This document shows positions 1 through 9,847 of a DNA stretch of 64,000 bases, in pieces. Position 1 is the stretch's first letter, and every line of letters begins with the position of its first letter. Source of the stretch: Euryarchaeota archaeon UBA58 (GTDB lineage: Archaea; Thermoplasmatota; Poseidoniia; Poseidoniales; Thalassarchaeaceae); the NCBI GenBank assembly GCA_002498525.1, contig DAHR01000005.1, forward strand, positions 42,478 to 106,477, read 5' to 3'. The translations under genes and the position numbers were made by a program. The notes beneath the pieces were generated by a model, which was given only the letters and a program-made list of their open reading frames with translations, made no database searches and was not told the DNA's origin.

Positions 1-2379
1 CAGAGCTGGGCCCTGAATCGCGTCGCTCGGTACCACACGGAAGAACAGTGGGTAAGCCGTAGCGTCACTGAGTCCAGGGTTGGTGCTTGCGTACGAGATC
101 ATTGGGATGCCAGCAGCCGAAAGAATCGCGTTAGCACCCATGGTCGCACCTGAGCAGGCAGCGCCTGCAACTGCGACGACGCCCGCATCCACGAGGGATT
201 GAGCAGCGGCACCAGCGACGGTACCGTCGCAGCCAGAGTCAGCCATGACCAACTCGAACTGGAGACCACTGCCCCAGCCCGCGATGTTCATCATACCTAG
301 AGCGATGTTCGCAGCAGCACCGAATCCAGGTGCGTAGACCGCGATAGGACCGGTGATTGGGTTCAGGAACCCGATCTTGACTGTCATGCCTGTGAACTCG
401 GTTGCAGCTACTCCGCCATCGCGAGTCCAGTGGGCTCGGCAACTGAAGAAGACGTCTGTCGAGGACAGAGCATCGAAGCGGCAGATATCGTATCCAGCGC
501 CAGCAACGTCGCCTGAGGCGTCGAAGGTGTGGCTGCCGGATGCACCAGCGTAGTCTGTTCCGATGGATTGGAGGTTGGCTTCCATGTTGGCGCCATCCTC
601 AGCCATTGCGGCCTTTCCAATCATCATCACAGCATCGTAGGTCTCTGCGGTGTAGATTCCACCAGCGCAGCCATCATCGGCAGCGCAGCGGTCGTTGAAG
701 TCACCAGCGCCTGCGACTGCGCGAGGCTTGGTCGCTTGAAGGCCATTAGCGGCACCAGGTGCGCTGAAGTCATCGAGGAAGGCCTCGTCGGCAATTCCAT
801 CTGCACCGAAGACGGGCAGAGAGATACCGAGGTAAGCCATTGTCTCGAGGATTGCAGCGCCATCGGTAGCGTAGGTCACCATGACAACTGAGCCACAGTT
901 AGCATCGGCGACTGCCTGAGCGACTGACCCGAAGTCAGTCGTGGAGTCTTCGTAGCCAATCTTTGTGCAAAGGTTGTCAGCGCCCCATGCGCCCTCGAAG
1001 GCGTCAGCGAGACCAGAACCGTAGTCGTTGGTCATGTGCAGCAGAGCAGGGTTGGATGCACCAGCAGCCATTACCATAGCTGCCATTGCTGGGCCCTGGA
1101 TTGCATCGCTTGGCACAACTCGGTAGAAGCTTGGGTAAGCTCCTACGTCACTGAGTGCAGGGCTGGTGCTCGCGTACGAGACCTGCACGATACCTGCAGC
1201 GCTGAGAACAGCGTTAGCACCAATGGACGCACCGGAGCAAGCAGCTCCTGCGACTCCTACAACGCCCGCATCCACGAGGGATTGAGCAGCGGCACCAGCG
1301 ACGGTTCCGTCGCAACCTGAGTCAGCCTCGATGAGTTCGAAGTCTCCACCCATTGCATTCAGGTCATCAATCGCAGCCTGCGCAGCCCATGTGAAGGGCG
1401 GTGCGTAAACAGCGATTGGACCCGTCAATGGATTGAGCAGACCGATCTTCACCGACTCGACAGGTACCACGGGTGGCACGAACATCGGGTTCGCGTTGCC
1501 CATGTAGAAAGCAGCGATCTCATCGACGAGCGCGTTTGCGACGTCGATGTCGAATCCGACAGCATTGCCATTTTCATCGATGTTCTCGAAAGGCGGGTAA
1601 GCCGTGTCCGAGCAGATCTTCATCGTGCCCGACTCCAGAATCGAAGTGAGAGTCGAGCCCTCACTTGGGCTTGGGTAAGCACTTGCTGTGTCCGCGTCGC
1701 GGTCATCCGTGAGGACAACCGTTCCCTCGAACCATGCACCGAAGATCAGGTCGTATTCGCCCGAGTCAACAATCGCCGTGATGGCGACGTTGAGTGCATC
1801 GAGCAACTCGCCGTTCGATTCCTGGCGTACAGCGAGTCCGAAGGTCTCGTCTGAGAACGTCGTCAACAGAGTACCAGACAACGCGAGAACGGGTGAATCA
1901 CCCATTGCGTAGTCCGCTTCTCCGGCGTTGACAGCAGCTATTACCGACGGGAAATCGTCGTAAGCAGCGATTGTCGCAGCACCGAGGTTTTCAGCGGCGT
2001 ACAGGTCCGAAGTCGTTCCAGACTGCAATGCGATGGTCGTACCAGCCGCATTCAGGTCTGAGACGTCGGAAATCGCAGCTGAACCAGCAGCGCCGATCAC
2101 ACCTTGGCTACTTGTGTAGTAACCGCGGGTGAAGTCGACCACCAGTGCACGCGCATCCGTCTTCGTCATCGCCGAGATGATGACATCGCACATCTCGCCG
2201 GCATTCAAGTTGGGAATAATTGGGTCCCAGGCGGAGGTAACTATGTCCGCTGACACGTCGTCAGCAGCACTCAGTTCCCACACTTCCTCGGGCTCATCTT
2301 CCCCTCCCAAACATCCAGCGAACGCAGCCGCCAGCATGCTGAGAGTCATCATCATTGCAGTCATTTTCTTGTCTAACAT
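1..2379 (-). CDS. Multi-domain solute-binding lipoprotein: N-terminal PBP type-2 (polar amino-acid-binding-like) domain followed by two tandem LivK-like PBP type-1 domains; C-terminus lies beyond the window edge
   Basis: Minus frame is open from ATG at 2379 to position 1. The N-terminus MLDKKMTAMMMTLSMLAAAFAGC is a signal peptide plus lipobox Cys. Motifs: DVIISAMTKTDARALVVDFTRGYY (PBP2), KIGLLNPLTGPIAVYAP and KIGFLNPITGPIAVYAP (PBP1). Not listed in the ORF track because no stop codon falls inside the window. Confidence 0.6.
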   Translation of the reverse strand, partial: MLDKKMTAMMMTLSMLAAAFAGCLGGEDEPEEVWELSAADDVSADIVTSAWDPIIPNLNAGEMCDVIISAMTKTDARALVVDFTRGYYTSSQGVIGAAGSAAISDVSDLNAAGTTIALQSGTTSDLYAAENLGAATIAAYDDFPSVIAAVNAGEADYAMGDSPVLALSGTLLTTFSDETFGLAVRQESNGELLDALNVAITAIVDSGEYDLIFGAWFEGTVVLTDDRDADTASAYPSPSEGSTLTSILESGTMKICSDTAYPPFENIDENGNAVGFDIDVANALVDEIAAFYMGNANPMFVPPVVPVESVKIGLLNPLTGPIAVYAPPFTWAAQAAIDDLNAMGGDFELIEADSGCDGTVAGAAAQSLVDAGVVGVAGAACSGASIGANAVLSAAGIVQVSYASTSPALSDVGAYPSFYRVVPSDAIQGPAMAAMVMAAGASNPALLHMTNDYGSGLADAFEGAWGADNLCTKIGYEDSTTDFGSVAQAVADANCGSVVMVTYATDGAAILETMAYLGISLPVFGADGIADEAFLDDFSAPGAANGLQATKPRAVAGAGDFNDRCAADDGCAGGIYTAETYDAVMMIGKAAMAEDGANMEANLQSIGTDYAGASGSHTFDASGDVAGAGYDICRFDALSSTDVFFSCRAHWTRDGGVAATEFTGMTVKIGFLNPITGPIAVYAPGFGAAANIALGMMNIAGWGSGLQFELVMADSGCDGTVAGAAAQSLVDAGVVAVAGAACSGATMGANAILSAAGIPMISYASTNPGLSDATAYPLFFRVVPSDAIQGPAL

Positions 2380-2679
2380 TGCGTAACTCACGCTCCTTAG
2401 CGCGGCGCACCACAATATGTCTTTGTTATAGAAGTTCGCAATTATGTACCAAAACACACCGATTTAAACTGTTTTCGAGTTTGAATCTTTTTCAAGGGAA
2501 AGTTACAAGAAATAGGTGATTTGAGCGTGATTGTGGTGGTTTCTTTACAAAATCCTCCGATTAACGGAAATATCTTCGCGCTTTACAATCCATTTTGAGG
2601 ATAGGAGTGCTCTCTGAATTTTCAGGTTGATTTTCAGATTGATTCTAGGCCTTCAACTTGAGCATGATTATCCGATTGT

Positions 2680-3831
2680 ATGATGAAGCGGATACCGCGC
2701 GTTCCGCACGTGGCAGATACCCCGATGGACTACGCTGGCAGCGGAGTCGACATCGATGCTGAAGGAGCTGCGGTCGCCAGTCTCATTGGAGCACTGACTT
2801 CCTCGCCCCGACAACCTGGAACTCGCGGAGCGCCCGTGCCTCTTCTCGGTGGCTTTGGTGGCATCATCGAATTCGGCGATTCGCACCTCGCCCTCGCCAC
2901 CGATGGGGTTGGCTCAAAACTGCAACTGGCGAACCTCCTCGGCCGTTACGAAGGCGTTGGAATCGATTGCGTGGCGATGAACGTCAACGATCTGCTCTGT
3001 GTGGGCGCTGAGCCCCTCGCCTTCGTCGATTACATCGCGGTCCCCCAGACCAATCCAGAGACCCACGCAGCCATCGGCGCGTCACTGACTGAAGCCTGCA
3101 GACGCGCGCGCGTCACTCTCGCAGGGGGGGAGACGGCTACGCTTCCTGGAATCGTCTCCGAACTCGACCTCTCAGGCACCGCTCTGGGCTGGTTCCCCGC
3201 CGGCGAAGCAATCACCGGCGAGCGCTTGCAAGCAGGCGACGTCCTGATTGGTCTGCCAAGCAGTGGAGCCCATTCGAACGGCTACACATTGCTGCGAGCA
3301 GTTGTTGAGAAGTCCGGGGCCGCACTTGAGGAGGAAGCACCTTTCGATGCGATCCATGAGCATCGTGAAATCGAGCGGACGATGAGTGCGGAGCGGGCGA
3401 CTTTGGGCGAGGTTCTGTTGAATCCAACTCGAATCTATGTCGACCCGATAATCGACTTTATCGAAGCATGCAGAGATGGTTCTGGACCTTGCGAATCGAG
3501 TGACGTCAAGGCTATCGCGCACATCACAGGGGGTGGGCTTTCGAACCTTCTTCGTCTTCACGAGAGATTGGGATGGCACATCGACGCACCACTTCCTGCA
3601 CCGCCGGAATTCACTTGGATCGCTGCTGCCGGACCCGTCGAGGCCAAAGAGATGCACCGAGTCTTCAACATGGGCATGGGGATGGTTGTCGCGGTTGCGG
3701 AGGGGGTCGCGGATTCGGTCGAAGCCTGGCTTGCCGATAGATTACCGGGCAGCCGTCGAGTCGGCTTCGTCAATGACGATGGACATCGGGTGACTCACGC
3801 AGATTCGAGTGTCGTGTTCGAGCATTATTGA
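2680..3831 (+). CDS. purM: Phosphoribosylformylglycinamidine cyclo-ligase (AIR synthetase)
   Basis: Motifs YAGSGVDID, GGFGG, DGVGSKL, AMNVNDLLCVGAEP, GGETA, SSGAHSNGY. Alternative start at 2725 (MDYAGSGVDID). Confidence 0.85.
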   Translation: MMKRIPRVPHVADTPMDYAGSGVDIDAEGAAVASLIGALTSSPRQPGTRGAPVPLLGGFGGIIEFGDSHLALATDGVGSKLQLANLLGRYEGVGIDCVAMNVNDLLCVGAEPLAFVDYIAVPQTNPETHAAIGASLTEACRRARVTLAGGETATLPGIVSELDLSGTALGWFPAGEAITGERLQAGDVLIGLPSSGAHSNGYTLLRAVVEKSGAALEEEAPFDAIHEHREIERTMSAERATLGEVLLNPTRIYVDPIIDFIEACRDGSGPCESSDVKAIAHITGGGLSNLLRLHERLGWHIDAPLPAPPEFTWIAAAGPVEAKEMHRVFNMGMGMVVAVAEGVADSVEAWLADRLPGSRRVGFVNDDGHRVTHADSSVVFEHY

Positions 3832-3854
3832 GAATCGACTTCAAGCCTTCTTGA

Positions 3855-5261
3855 GTGAATCATCTGGGCATTGACTGGTGTCGTCAAGCCCTTGAAGGGA
3901 TGCTGTGTCCGAGCGGCGTGGCCGATGACGATACTGTGCCCCCTGGCTGGCCTGGTGTTCTGCACCGAGAAGGTCGGACACTGACGAGAGTTCATACGAT
4001 TCCAAAATCCACAGAAACTGGTCCTGCTGCGAAATCCGCTGGGACGGTCTTCCACAATCCAGCGATGGCTGGCTCTCGCACGCGGAGCGTGCTATTGCTG
4101 CAACATGCCATCGAGAATAGTCTGCTGGGAGATGGTGATATTCGTGCATTGGATGGTCTGTCTGCCTCGGGCTTACGGGCTCGCAGATGGTTGAACGAGT
4201 TGCCGAAAGAGGCTGCTGAGAGGCTGCTTGCTACTATCGGCGACATGGATTCTTCGGCCTTGGAATGGGGCATGCGGAGCCATGAAGAATTTCCTCCGAG
4301 TCATGGCGGAGGTGGTCTGACTCCTCTTCTTGGCGACCTTCGAGCCAGTGTCATCTCACAGGGATGGCATTGGATTGACATCGATCCGTTCGGCTCGCCA
4401 GTGCCTTTCCTCGATACTGCGATGCAGGCGCTGGCTCGCCGGGGAATTCTCGAGGTCAGCGCGACCGATACAGCCGCGCTGAGCGGTTCTTCTCCCAACC
4501 CCCTAATGCGGCGCTACGGCGCGCGAGTGCGGCTTGACAAACTCAAGCATGATTCTGGTTTGCGGGTTCTGCTGGCGACGGTTGCACGGGCAGCGGCTCG
4601 GCACGATCGTAGCATCGAACCGCTGTTGTCGATCTGGGATTCTCATCATCTGCGAGTCTCGGTTCGCGTCTTGCGCAGAATGAGCGGCGCGAATGACCTC
4701 GAAGCCTCCCTCGGATGGAGAGTCTTCACGCCGACGAAAACAGAAGTCGAGGCTTCGGTGGCCGCAGGCCTGCTGCCAGAAGATCCCGAAAAGGCGCTGC
4801 CGATTCGCTGTTTTCTGCCATTATCCCATCCCGTCGCAAGAGAGGACAAACGAATCTCTGGGCCCATGTGGATCGGCCCGACCGGAGAGCGAACCGCCCT
4901 CGCATCGATGAGCGTCGAGCGGGCGATCTCGATGTGTTGTCATGAGGAATCTGAGCAAGATTCGTCCGATGACCCTGCTGGTTGGGATCTTACTCGCTTC
5001 GCAGCCGAGCGACGCCGAGTCGCACGCGCAGTCCGCAATCTCGAGGCTGAAGCCGAGGCGATAGATACCCCGCACCTCGTGTCGGTCGACGAGTTGGCGA
5101 GTTGGCTTGAGCGAGGCTCACCACCGAGTCCGCGAAAAATGGCAGAAGTCCTCATCGAGCAAGGTCACAGCGCCGCAGTAGCCCATTATGCCGAACCTGC
5201 TTTCCGCACCGATGCTCCTTGGTCTGAGGTTCTCGCTGCCTATGATGAAGTCTCGAATTGA
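3855..5261 (+). CDS. trm1: tRNA (guanine26-N2)-dimethyltransferase Trm1
   Basis: Motifs FHNPAMAGSR, IDIDPFGSPVPFLDTA, GILEVSATDTA, GPMWIGP match the archaeal/eukaryotic Trm1 family. Start could instead be the Met at 3900. Confidence 0.8.
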   Translation: MNHLGIDWCRQALEGMLCPSGVADDDTVPPGWPGVLHREGRTLTRVHTIPKSTETGPAAKSAGTVFHNPAMAGSRTRSVLLLQHAIENSLLGDGDIRALDGLSASGLRARRWLNELPKEAAERLLATIGDMDSSALEWGMRSHEEFPPSHGGGGLTPLLGDLRASVISQGWHWIDIDPFGSPVPFLDTAMQALARRGILEVSATDTAALSGSSPNPLMRRYGARVRLDKLKHDSGLRVLLATVARAAARHDRSIEPLLSIWDSHHLRVSVRVLRRMSGANDLEASLGWRVFTPTKTEVEASVAAGLLPEDPEKALPIRCFLPLSHPVAREDKRISGPMWIGPTGERTALASMSVERAISMCCHEESEQDSSDDPAGWDLTRFAAERRRVARAVRNLEAEAEAIDTPHLVSVDELASWLERGSPPSPRKMAEVLIEQGHSAAVAHYAEPAFRTDAPWSEVLAAYDEVSN

Positions 5262-5264
5262 GAT

Positions 5265-6356
5265 TCATCCACCGATGTAGGACATCTCGATTCGTGGCAG
5301 CGCCGATGTCTCAGCCGAGCGCAGCTCGCTGTAGCGATCGCTTCGGCGACTCCAGATAGCGGCGATCGCTGCCGACAATCCCTCACCGTTCCCGTCATTC
5401 TCGTCGCTGTGAATCAAAGCGCGCAGATCGTGCCCTCCCGAAGCGAATAGGCAGGTGAAGAGATGTCCATCGGCTGAGATTCGCGCGCGCACGCATTCAC
5501 CACAGAATGGTTCACTGACAGATGAAATCAATCCGATCTCACCAGAACCATCAGAGTGGACGAGGCGAACTGCGACATCGGAAGGCCGCTCTGCTTCGAG
5601 CGCAACCAGATCGAACTCCTCGCGAAGATGACTGAGCAGGTCCGCACTCGGTATCACTTCGCCACGAATCCAGCCGTTGGTTCGTCCGACATCCATGTAT
5701 TCGATGAAGCGGATAACCACTCCACTGCCTTGGAAATGTCGTACGAGTTTCGCAGCTTGATCCTCGTTGATCCCCCTACGAATGACACAATTGACCTTGA
5801 CCGGTTCAAGGCCCGCCTCCAGTGCCGCATCGATTCCGTCGAGTATATCGGCGACGGGCACATCTGAGTCGGTCATCAGTCTGTGGACGTCATCGTCGAG
5901 GGCATCCAGACTGACTGTGACCCTCGTCAAACCCGCTGCTGCGAGGGCTTGCGCGTTGCGGCGCAGCAGCGAGCCATTGGTGGTCAGCGCCAGATCGAGG
6001 CCGAGGTTGGAGAGTCTGCCCATGAGGTCGTCGAGGCCGGGCCTCAGAAGCGGCTCGCCACCGGTGATTCGAACCTTCTCGAGCCCCAGTTCCATGCAAG
6101 CGCGCACGACCTTCTCAATCTCGTCGAAAGTCAGGAAGGCGCGCCGCGGCAGGAAGGTGTGGTCCTCACCGAATCGCTCCCGCGGCATGCAGTATGGACA
6201 GCGGAAGTTGCAGCGGTCGGTGACCGAAATCCGCAGGTCTCGCAAAGGCCTGCCCAAGAGATCGATGACTTCGTTGCCTGCTGTGGCAGGTGATGTGACA
6301 TTCGACTCAGCGGATTCCCCGTCCACCGTCTTATCGGTCAAGCTGTCGAGGGCCAT
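5265..6356 (-). CDS. moaA: GTP 3',8-cyclase MoaA (radical SAM, molybdenum cofactor biosynthesis)
   Basis: LRISVTDRCNFRCPYCMP radical-SAM motif, GGEPLLR, and C-terminal CGECVRARISADGHLFTC second-cluster cysteines. The track ORF extends to 6539 with an Arg-rich, low-complexity N-terminus, so start chosen at MALDSLTDK (6356). Confidence 0.8.
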   Translation of the reverse strand: MALDSLTDKTVDGESAESNVTSPATAGNEVIDLLGRPLRDLRISVTDRCNFRCPYCMPRERFGEDHTFLPRRAFLTFDEIEKVVRACMELGLEKVRITGGEPLLRPGLDDLMGRLSNLGLDLALTTNGSLLRRNAQALAAAGLTRVTVSLDALDDDVHRLMTDSDVPVADILDGIDAALEAGLEPVKVNCVIRRGINEDQAAKLVRHFQGSGVVIRFIEYMDVGRTNGWIRGEVIPSADLLSHLREEFDLVALEAERPSDVAVRLVHSDGSGEIGLISSVSEPFCGECVRARISADGHLFTCLFASGGHDLRALIHSDENDGNGEGLSAAIAAIWSRRSDRYSELRSAETSALPRIEMSYIGG

Positions 6357-6520
6357 GTATCGGCGGTGCGAGAACTGAGTCAAAGGCTTGCCTGCTGGCT
6401 TCTCTGCGCTCTCATGCGAACTTCTCTTCGCTCGCCGACCTGTTTCCTCTGCCTGCCTTTGCAATTCTTCCCTTCGTCCACGCGCCCGCAGGTTGAAGAC
6501 GGGTGGGCTGTGCAGGATGA

Positions 6521-7090
6521 ATGAGGCGCATGTTGTCAATCACATCCAAGGCTCGCGAGATGCTCGATTCTTTCGCCGAGCAGTCTGATGAGAATGAGTT
6601 GGCATTGCGCATCGAGATCATCGGTCGAGGGCCGAAGGGATTCCAGTATGACTTGCAATTCGTCACCGGCGGTGACGGTGCTGAGGACGATCTGGTCCTG
6701 AAGATCGATGGCATCACAGTTCGCGTCGCTGCCCGCAGTGTCCAATACCTCGAGGGCACCACACTCGATTTCAGGGAGACTCTGATGGGTGGTGGATTCG
6801 CCTTCGACAATCCGAACCCGATGTGGGTCGACGAATTATCTCAGAAAGTCGCAGATATCATCACTCAGGAGATCAACCCCGCCGTGGCTTCCCACGGTGG
6901 CGTCGTCGAACTCGTCGGAGTCGATGAAGACAAGGCGATCATCGCTTTCGGCGGCGGCTGTCAAGGCTGTGGCATGGCCGACGTGACCCTCAAACAAGGC
7001 GTCGAAGTGATGATCAAGGACAAAGTTCCTGAAATCATCGAAGTCATCGACGCCACCGATCACGCTGCTGGTACCAATCCATTCTATTGA
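6521..7090 (+). CDS. NfuA-like Fe-S cluster assembly protein (A-type-carrier-like N-terminal domain plus Nfu CxxC domain)
   Basis: C-terminal INPAVASHGGVVELVGVDEDKAIIAFGGGCQGCGMADVTLKQGVE is an Nfu-type CxxC motif. N-terminal ITSKAREMLDSF resembles IscA/HesB. Confidence 0.65.
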   Translation: MRRMLSITSKAREMLDSFAEQSDENELALRIEIIGRGPKGFQYDLQFVTGGDGAEDDLVLKIDGITVRVAARSVQYLEGTTLDFRETLMGGGFAFDNPNPMWVDELSQKVADIITQEINPAVASHGGVVELVGVDEDKAIIAFGGGCQGCGMADVTLKQGVEVMIKDKVPEIIEVIDATDHAAGTNPFY

Positions 7091-7136
7091 GCGGTGACCC
7101 AGCGGTCGGCGCTGGCTCGGCAGTCGATTCTGAGCC

Positions 7137-7907
7137 TCAGTAGACCATTCTGACTTCGTCGTCGTCGCGGTTGAGATCGGGTTCTGGTAGAGCGTTTGCC
7201 TGCGTCCGCTCAAAGGCTTCGCGGACGCGCTCCTCGATGGTCCGCGCGTCCTCGAGCAAACCCTTCACTGGAATCTCCATATCGAGTAGTTCCGAGACGC
7301 CTTCGATGGCGAGTAAGGCTGCTCGCGCGTCAGGATACATCGGATTGCACTCGGCGAGGAGGGCAGTGACATCGAGTCCTCGCCGCTCCCCCTCAGCGAT
7401 CAGATAACCTGAGATTCCTGCGACGATTCCCTGTTGGATCCGCCGAATCCCGGAATCGTCCAGAGCATCCCGACCCAGCGCAGTCGATGAGACGCCCCAG
7501 AGGTCGCTCTCCTCCTTGATCCCGAGATCGTTGCTGACCACCCCATCGACCACCAGCAGGCGGTCGAAGCCACCCTTGGTGAACCACTCGAGAACGGTTT
7601 GTCCGAAATGAACATCCTTCTCGGGAGGAAATTGAATCTCAGCGATGAACACCCCCAGACCTTCACCTTGGTAGACGCGGACAGGATGTTTGGGAACCGA
7701 GTCGTGAATCAGTGCAATAGCTGGAAACTGCGGATGGAGCACGGTTCCCATAGGCGCGAGGCCCATCGATTGAATGATGTGAGACATGGCGATAACGCCG
7801 ACCGAGCCGACCGTGGAGAAGCCGCAGATAGCAGTTCCACCGAGGCTGGTGGGGTCCGCGGAAGAATGCAGCACGAGCGGGTAGCCGCCTCCATCGTCCA
7901 GAGTCAT
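7137..7907 (-). CDS. PAC2-family proteasome assembly chaperone-like protein
   Basis: GFSTVGSVGVIAMSHIIQ matches the conserved PAC2 N-terminal G-x-G-x-VG motif; length is about 255 aa. Track ORF extends to 8084, but that would overlap the divergent gene, so an internal Met was chosen; 7967 is also possible. Confidence 0.5.
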   Translation of the reverse strand: MTLDDGGGYPLVLHSSADPTSLGGTAICGFSTVGSVGVIAMSHIIQSMGLAPMGTVLHPQFPAIALIHDSVPKHPVRVYQGEGLGVFIAEIQFPPEKDVHFGQTVLEWFTKGGFDRLLVVDGVVSNDLGIKEESDLWGVSSTALGRDALDDSGIRRIQQGIVAGISGYLIAEGERRGLDVTALLAECNPMYPDARAALLAIEGVSELLDMEIPVKGLLEDARTIEERVREAFERTQANALPEPDLNRDDDEVRMVY

Positions 7908-7956
7908 CGACCAGAGGCTGTCGTCACCGATTCTTGAATCAGACGGTTGCAGGATA

Positions 7957-8595
7957 TTGTCTGACATGTGGCTGAGAAGCACATCGAGGGTTGATAAAGA
8001 ATGCAAGGCGAATTTATCACGAATGAGCCCTTCGGCCCCTTTGAAGAAGATGATTGAGGACGAAACGGCCAACATCGGCCGCATCTACATCCGCGTCGGT
8101 TCCACCGAAGTCGACCTCTCAGGTTCGGCTCGCGAGGTCAACGATTCCTGGTTGAAACTGCGGGAACAGGACACCTGGGCGTCCGCGCTCTCGAAAATTC
8201 GCTTGGCTCGGCAGGACGCGATAGATGCAGCCACCCAGACCGCGATCGAGTCTGGGATTCCAGAGCGTGGCTCCGCCTTCAGACGCCTGATCGAGAATTG
8301 CGGGATTTACAAGACAGGCGATGTCATCCTCGCTGCAATCCACTACTTGCGCTCAGTCGAGAAAGAGGATGATACTCCGCCCCGAGACATCAAGAAATTG
8401 ATAGAGAACTCGGGGCGCTGGAGTGAATCTGAATTGCAGAAATGGAATCTCTCGCTATACATCAACAGGATGCTCGAAGACACGGTCAGCCGAGGCAAGC
8501 CAGCACTTCTCGTCTATCCAGCAAGCAAGGAGAAGAATCGCTACGTGGTTCTGACCGACGCTGGCCGCGACCATCTCGAGAGGCTGTCGTCGTGA
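7957..8595 (+). CDS. Hypothetical protein, possibly with a C-terminal winged-helix-like domain
   Basis: ORF with coding-like composition. Start uncertain; internal Met at 8023 or 8050 would avoid the PAC2 gene. Its stop overlaps the GTG start of the next gene (GTGA). Confidence 0.4.
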   Translation: MSDMWLRSTSRVDKECKANLSRMSPSAPLKKMIEDETANIGRIYIRVGSTEVDLSGSAREVNDSWLKLREQDTWASALSKIRLARQDAIDAATQTAIESGIPERGSAFRRLIENCGIYKTGDVILAAIHYLRSVEKEDDTPPRDIKKLIENSGRWSESELQKWNLSLYINRMLEDTVSRGKPALLVYPASKEKNRYVVLTDAGRDHLERLSS

Positions 8596-9053
8596 GCGAA
8601 GATGAAGCGGGGGCGTCCAGCCAGTCCGACGAGGCCGGTGCGGAGGCTCTGCCGAAGGATTGGTCCTTCACCTCACACCTCGGCGAGGATCTGCGCGGTG
8701 CCAATCTGTCGGGAGCTGACCTTCGTCGATCCGTCTTCGATGGCGCTGACTTGGAGGGTGCTGACCTTTCGGGCGCTGATTTGCGCAGAGCTTCGTTCAA
8801 GCGCGCGAATCTGATGAAAGCCGCATTCGATGGCGCCGACATGCGAGATGGGATCTTCGTCAAGGCGCGCATGAATCTGTCTAATTTCCAAGAAACGAGG
8901 CTCGACGGTGCCGACTTGCGCGGCATCCGCGGAAAATACGCCATCTGGCGCGGCGCCAACTGGTGGGATGCGCGAATGGACGATGAATTGCGCGAGGCAC
9001 TGGCCAAGAAATGGCCTCGGCCCTTAACCGAAGGTGTCTCCGACCAGCCGTAA
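8594..9053 (+). CDS. Pentapeptide-repeat protein
   Basis: Tandem A(D/N)LxG pentapeptides: ANLSGADLRRSVFDGADLEGADLSGADLRRASFKRANLMKAAFDGADM. Probable GTG start overlapping the upstream stop. The portion of the track ORF upstream of 8594 lies in another gene's frame. Confidence 0.6.
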
Positions 9054-9057
9054 CCCT

Positions 9058-9474
9058 TCACTCGGGCGTGAGTTTCGCAAGGCCCTCGCGCATCCAGTCG
9101 GGGACCGAAATCTTCTGCTTGACATCCTTCATATCGACGCAAACGGTGACTTGGTCGGCCGTCCAGCACAGAGTGCCATCCTGGTTGCGGAACTCGTACG
9201 TCCAGGCAATCGATGTGTTGCCGACACGTGGGACGGTGATGCTGCAGTATACGGTGTCGCCGTAGGCCAGAGGGTGGAGGAATTGCGCATCGCTGTGGAC
9301 GAGAGGAAATCCGATTCCGTGCTCGTGCAGAATCTCGCTGTAGTGCATGCCGCATGAATACTCCCAGGATTCCTCGTAGAATCGATGGGCGAGGTCCCAG
9401 AATTCGGGGTAATAGACGATCTTTGCGACATCGACCATCGGGAAATCGACGCGCCTGCTTGAGGTGAATGCCAT
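9058..9474 (-). CDS. Hot-dog fold acyl-CoA thioesterase (4HBT/YbgC-like)
   Basis: 138 aa with YYPEFWDLAHRFYEE...FPLVHSDAQFLHPLAYGDTV, the typical 4HBT pattern. Confidence 0.7.
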   Translation of the reverse strand: MAFTSSRRVDFPMVDVAKIVYYPEFWDLAHRFYEESWEYSCGMHYSEILHEHGIGFPLVHSDAQFLHPLAYGDTVYCSITVPRVGNTSIAWTYEFRNQDGTLCWTADQVTVCVDMKDVKQKISVPDWMREGLAKLTPE

Positions 9475-9625
9475 GGCTGCGCGTCGGGGCTCATTCGCTT
9501 GAACGCTCGGTCAGAATAGTGGCGGACAGATTGCTATCACTGCAAACCACCCAGATGGCGGGCCCCCGCACAATCACGCCTTGCGCTCAGGTCCACCCTC
9601 GATGCTATCCGCTTACTTGTTCGAG

Positions 9626-9702
9626 TGGCGGACCCACCGCGATTCGAACACGGGTTTCCAGCTCCGGAGGCTAGAGTGATATCCAGGCTACACTATGGGT
9701 CC
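9626..9702 (-). tRNA. tRNA-Arg (anticodon CCG)
   Basis: Reverse-complement folds as a cloverleaf: acceptor GGACCCA/TGGGTCC, T-arm CCGTG-TTCGAAT-CGCGG, anticodon stem CTAGC/GCTGG with loop CTCCGGA, 3' CCA encoded. The track ORFs 9625..9840 and 9847..10101 are artefacts spanning these tRNAs. Confidence 0.8.
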
Positions 9703-9847
9703 AGCGTCTTCTTCGAATCGAACGTTCCATTTCAACAGACCCACCGCTATGTTCGGACTCGATTCAGCATCAGGCATCGATTTTCAGAATCAGCATGTCT
9801 GAACATAGATTGGTACGCCATTCACAGCAATCGCTCTTAATCGTGAA

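Noticed and set aside
3172-3657. 161-aa and other minus-strand ORFs inside purM
   Set aside because: Antisense to a well-supported purM frame with no motif support.
5767-6378. 203-aa plus-strand ORF
   Set aside because: Antisense to moaA. Ser/Arg-rich shadow frame.
8486-9355. 289-aa minus-strand ORF
   Set aside because: Lies antisense to the pentapeptide-repeat gene and the thioesterase gene. Its Arg/Pro/Ser-rich low-complexity composition is typical of the out-of-frame complement of GC-rich coding DNA.
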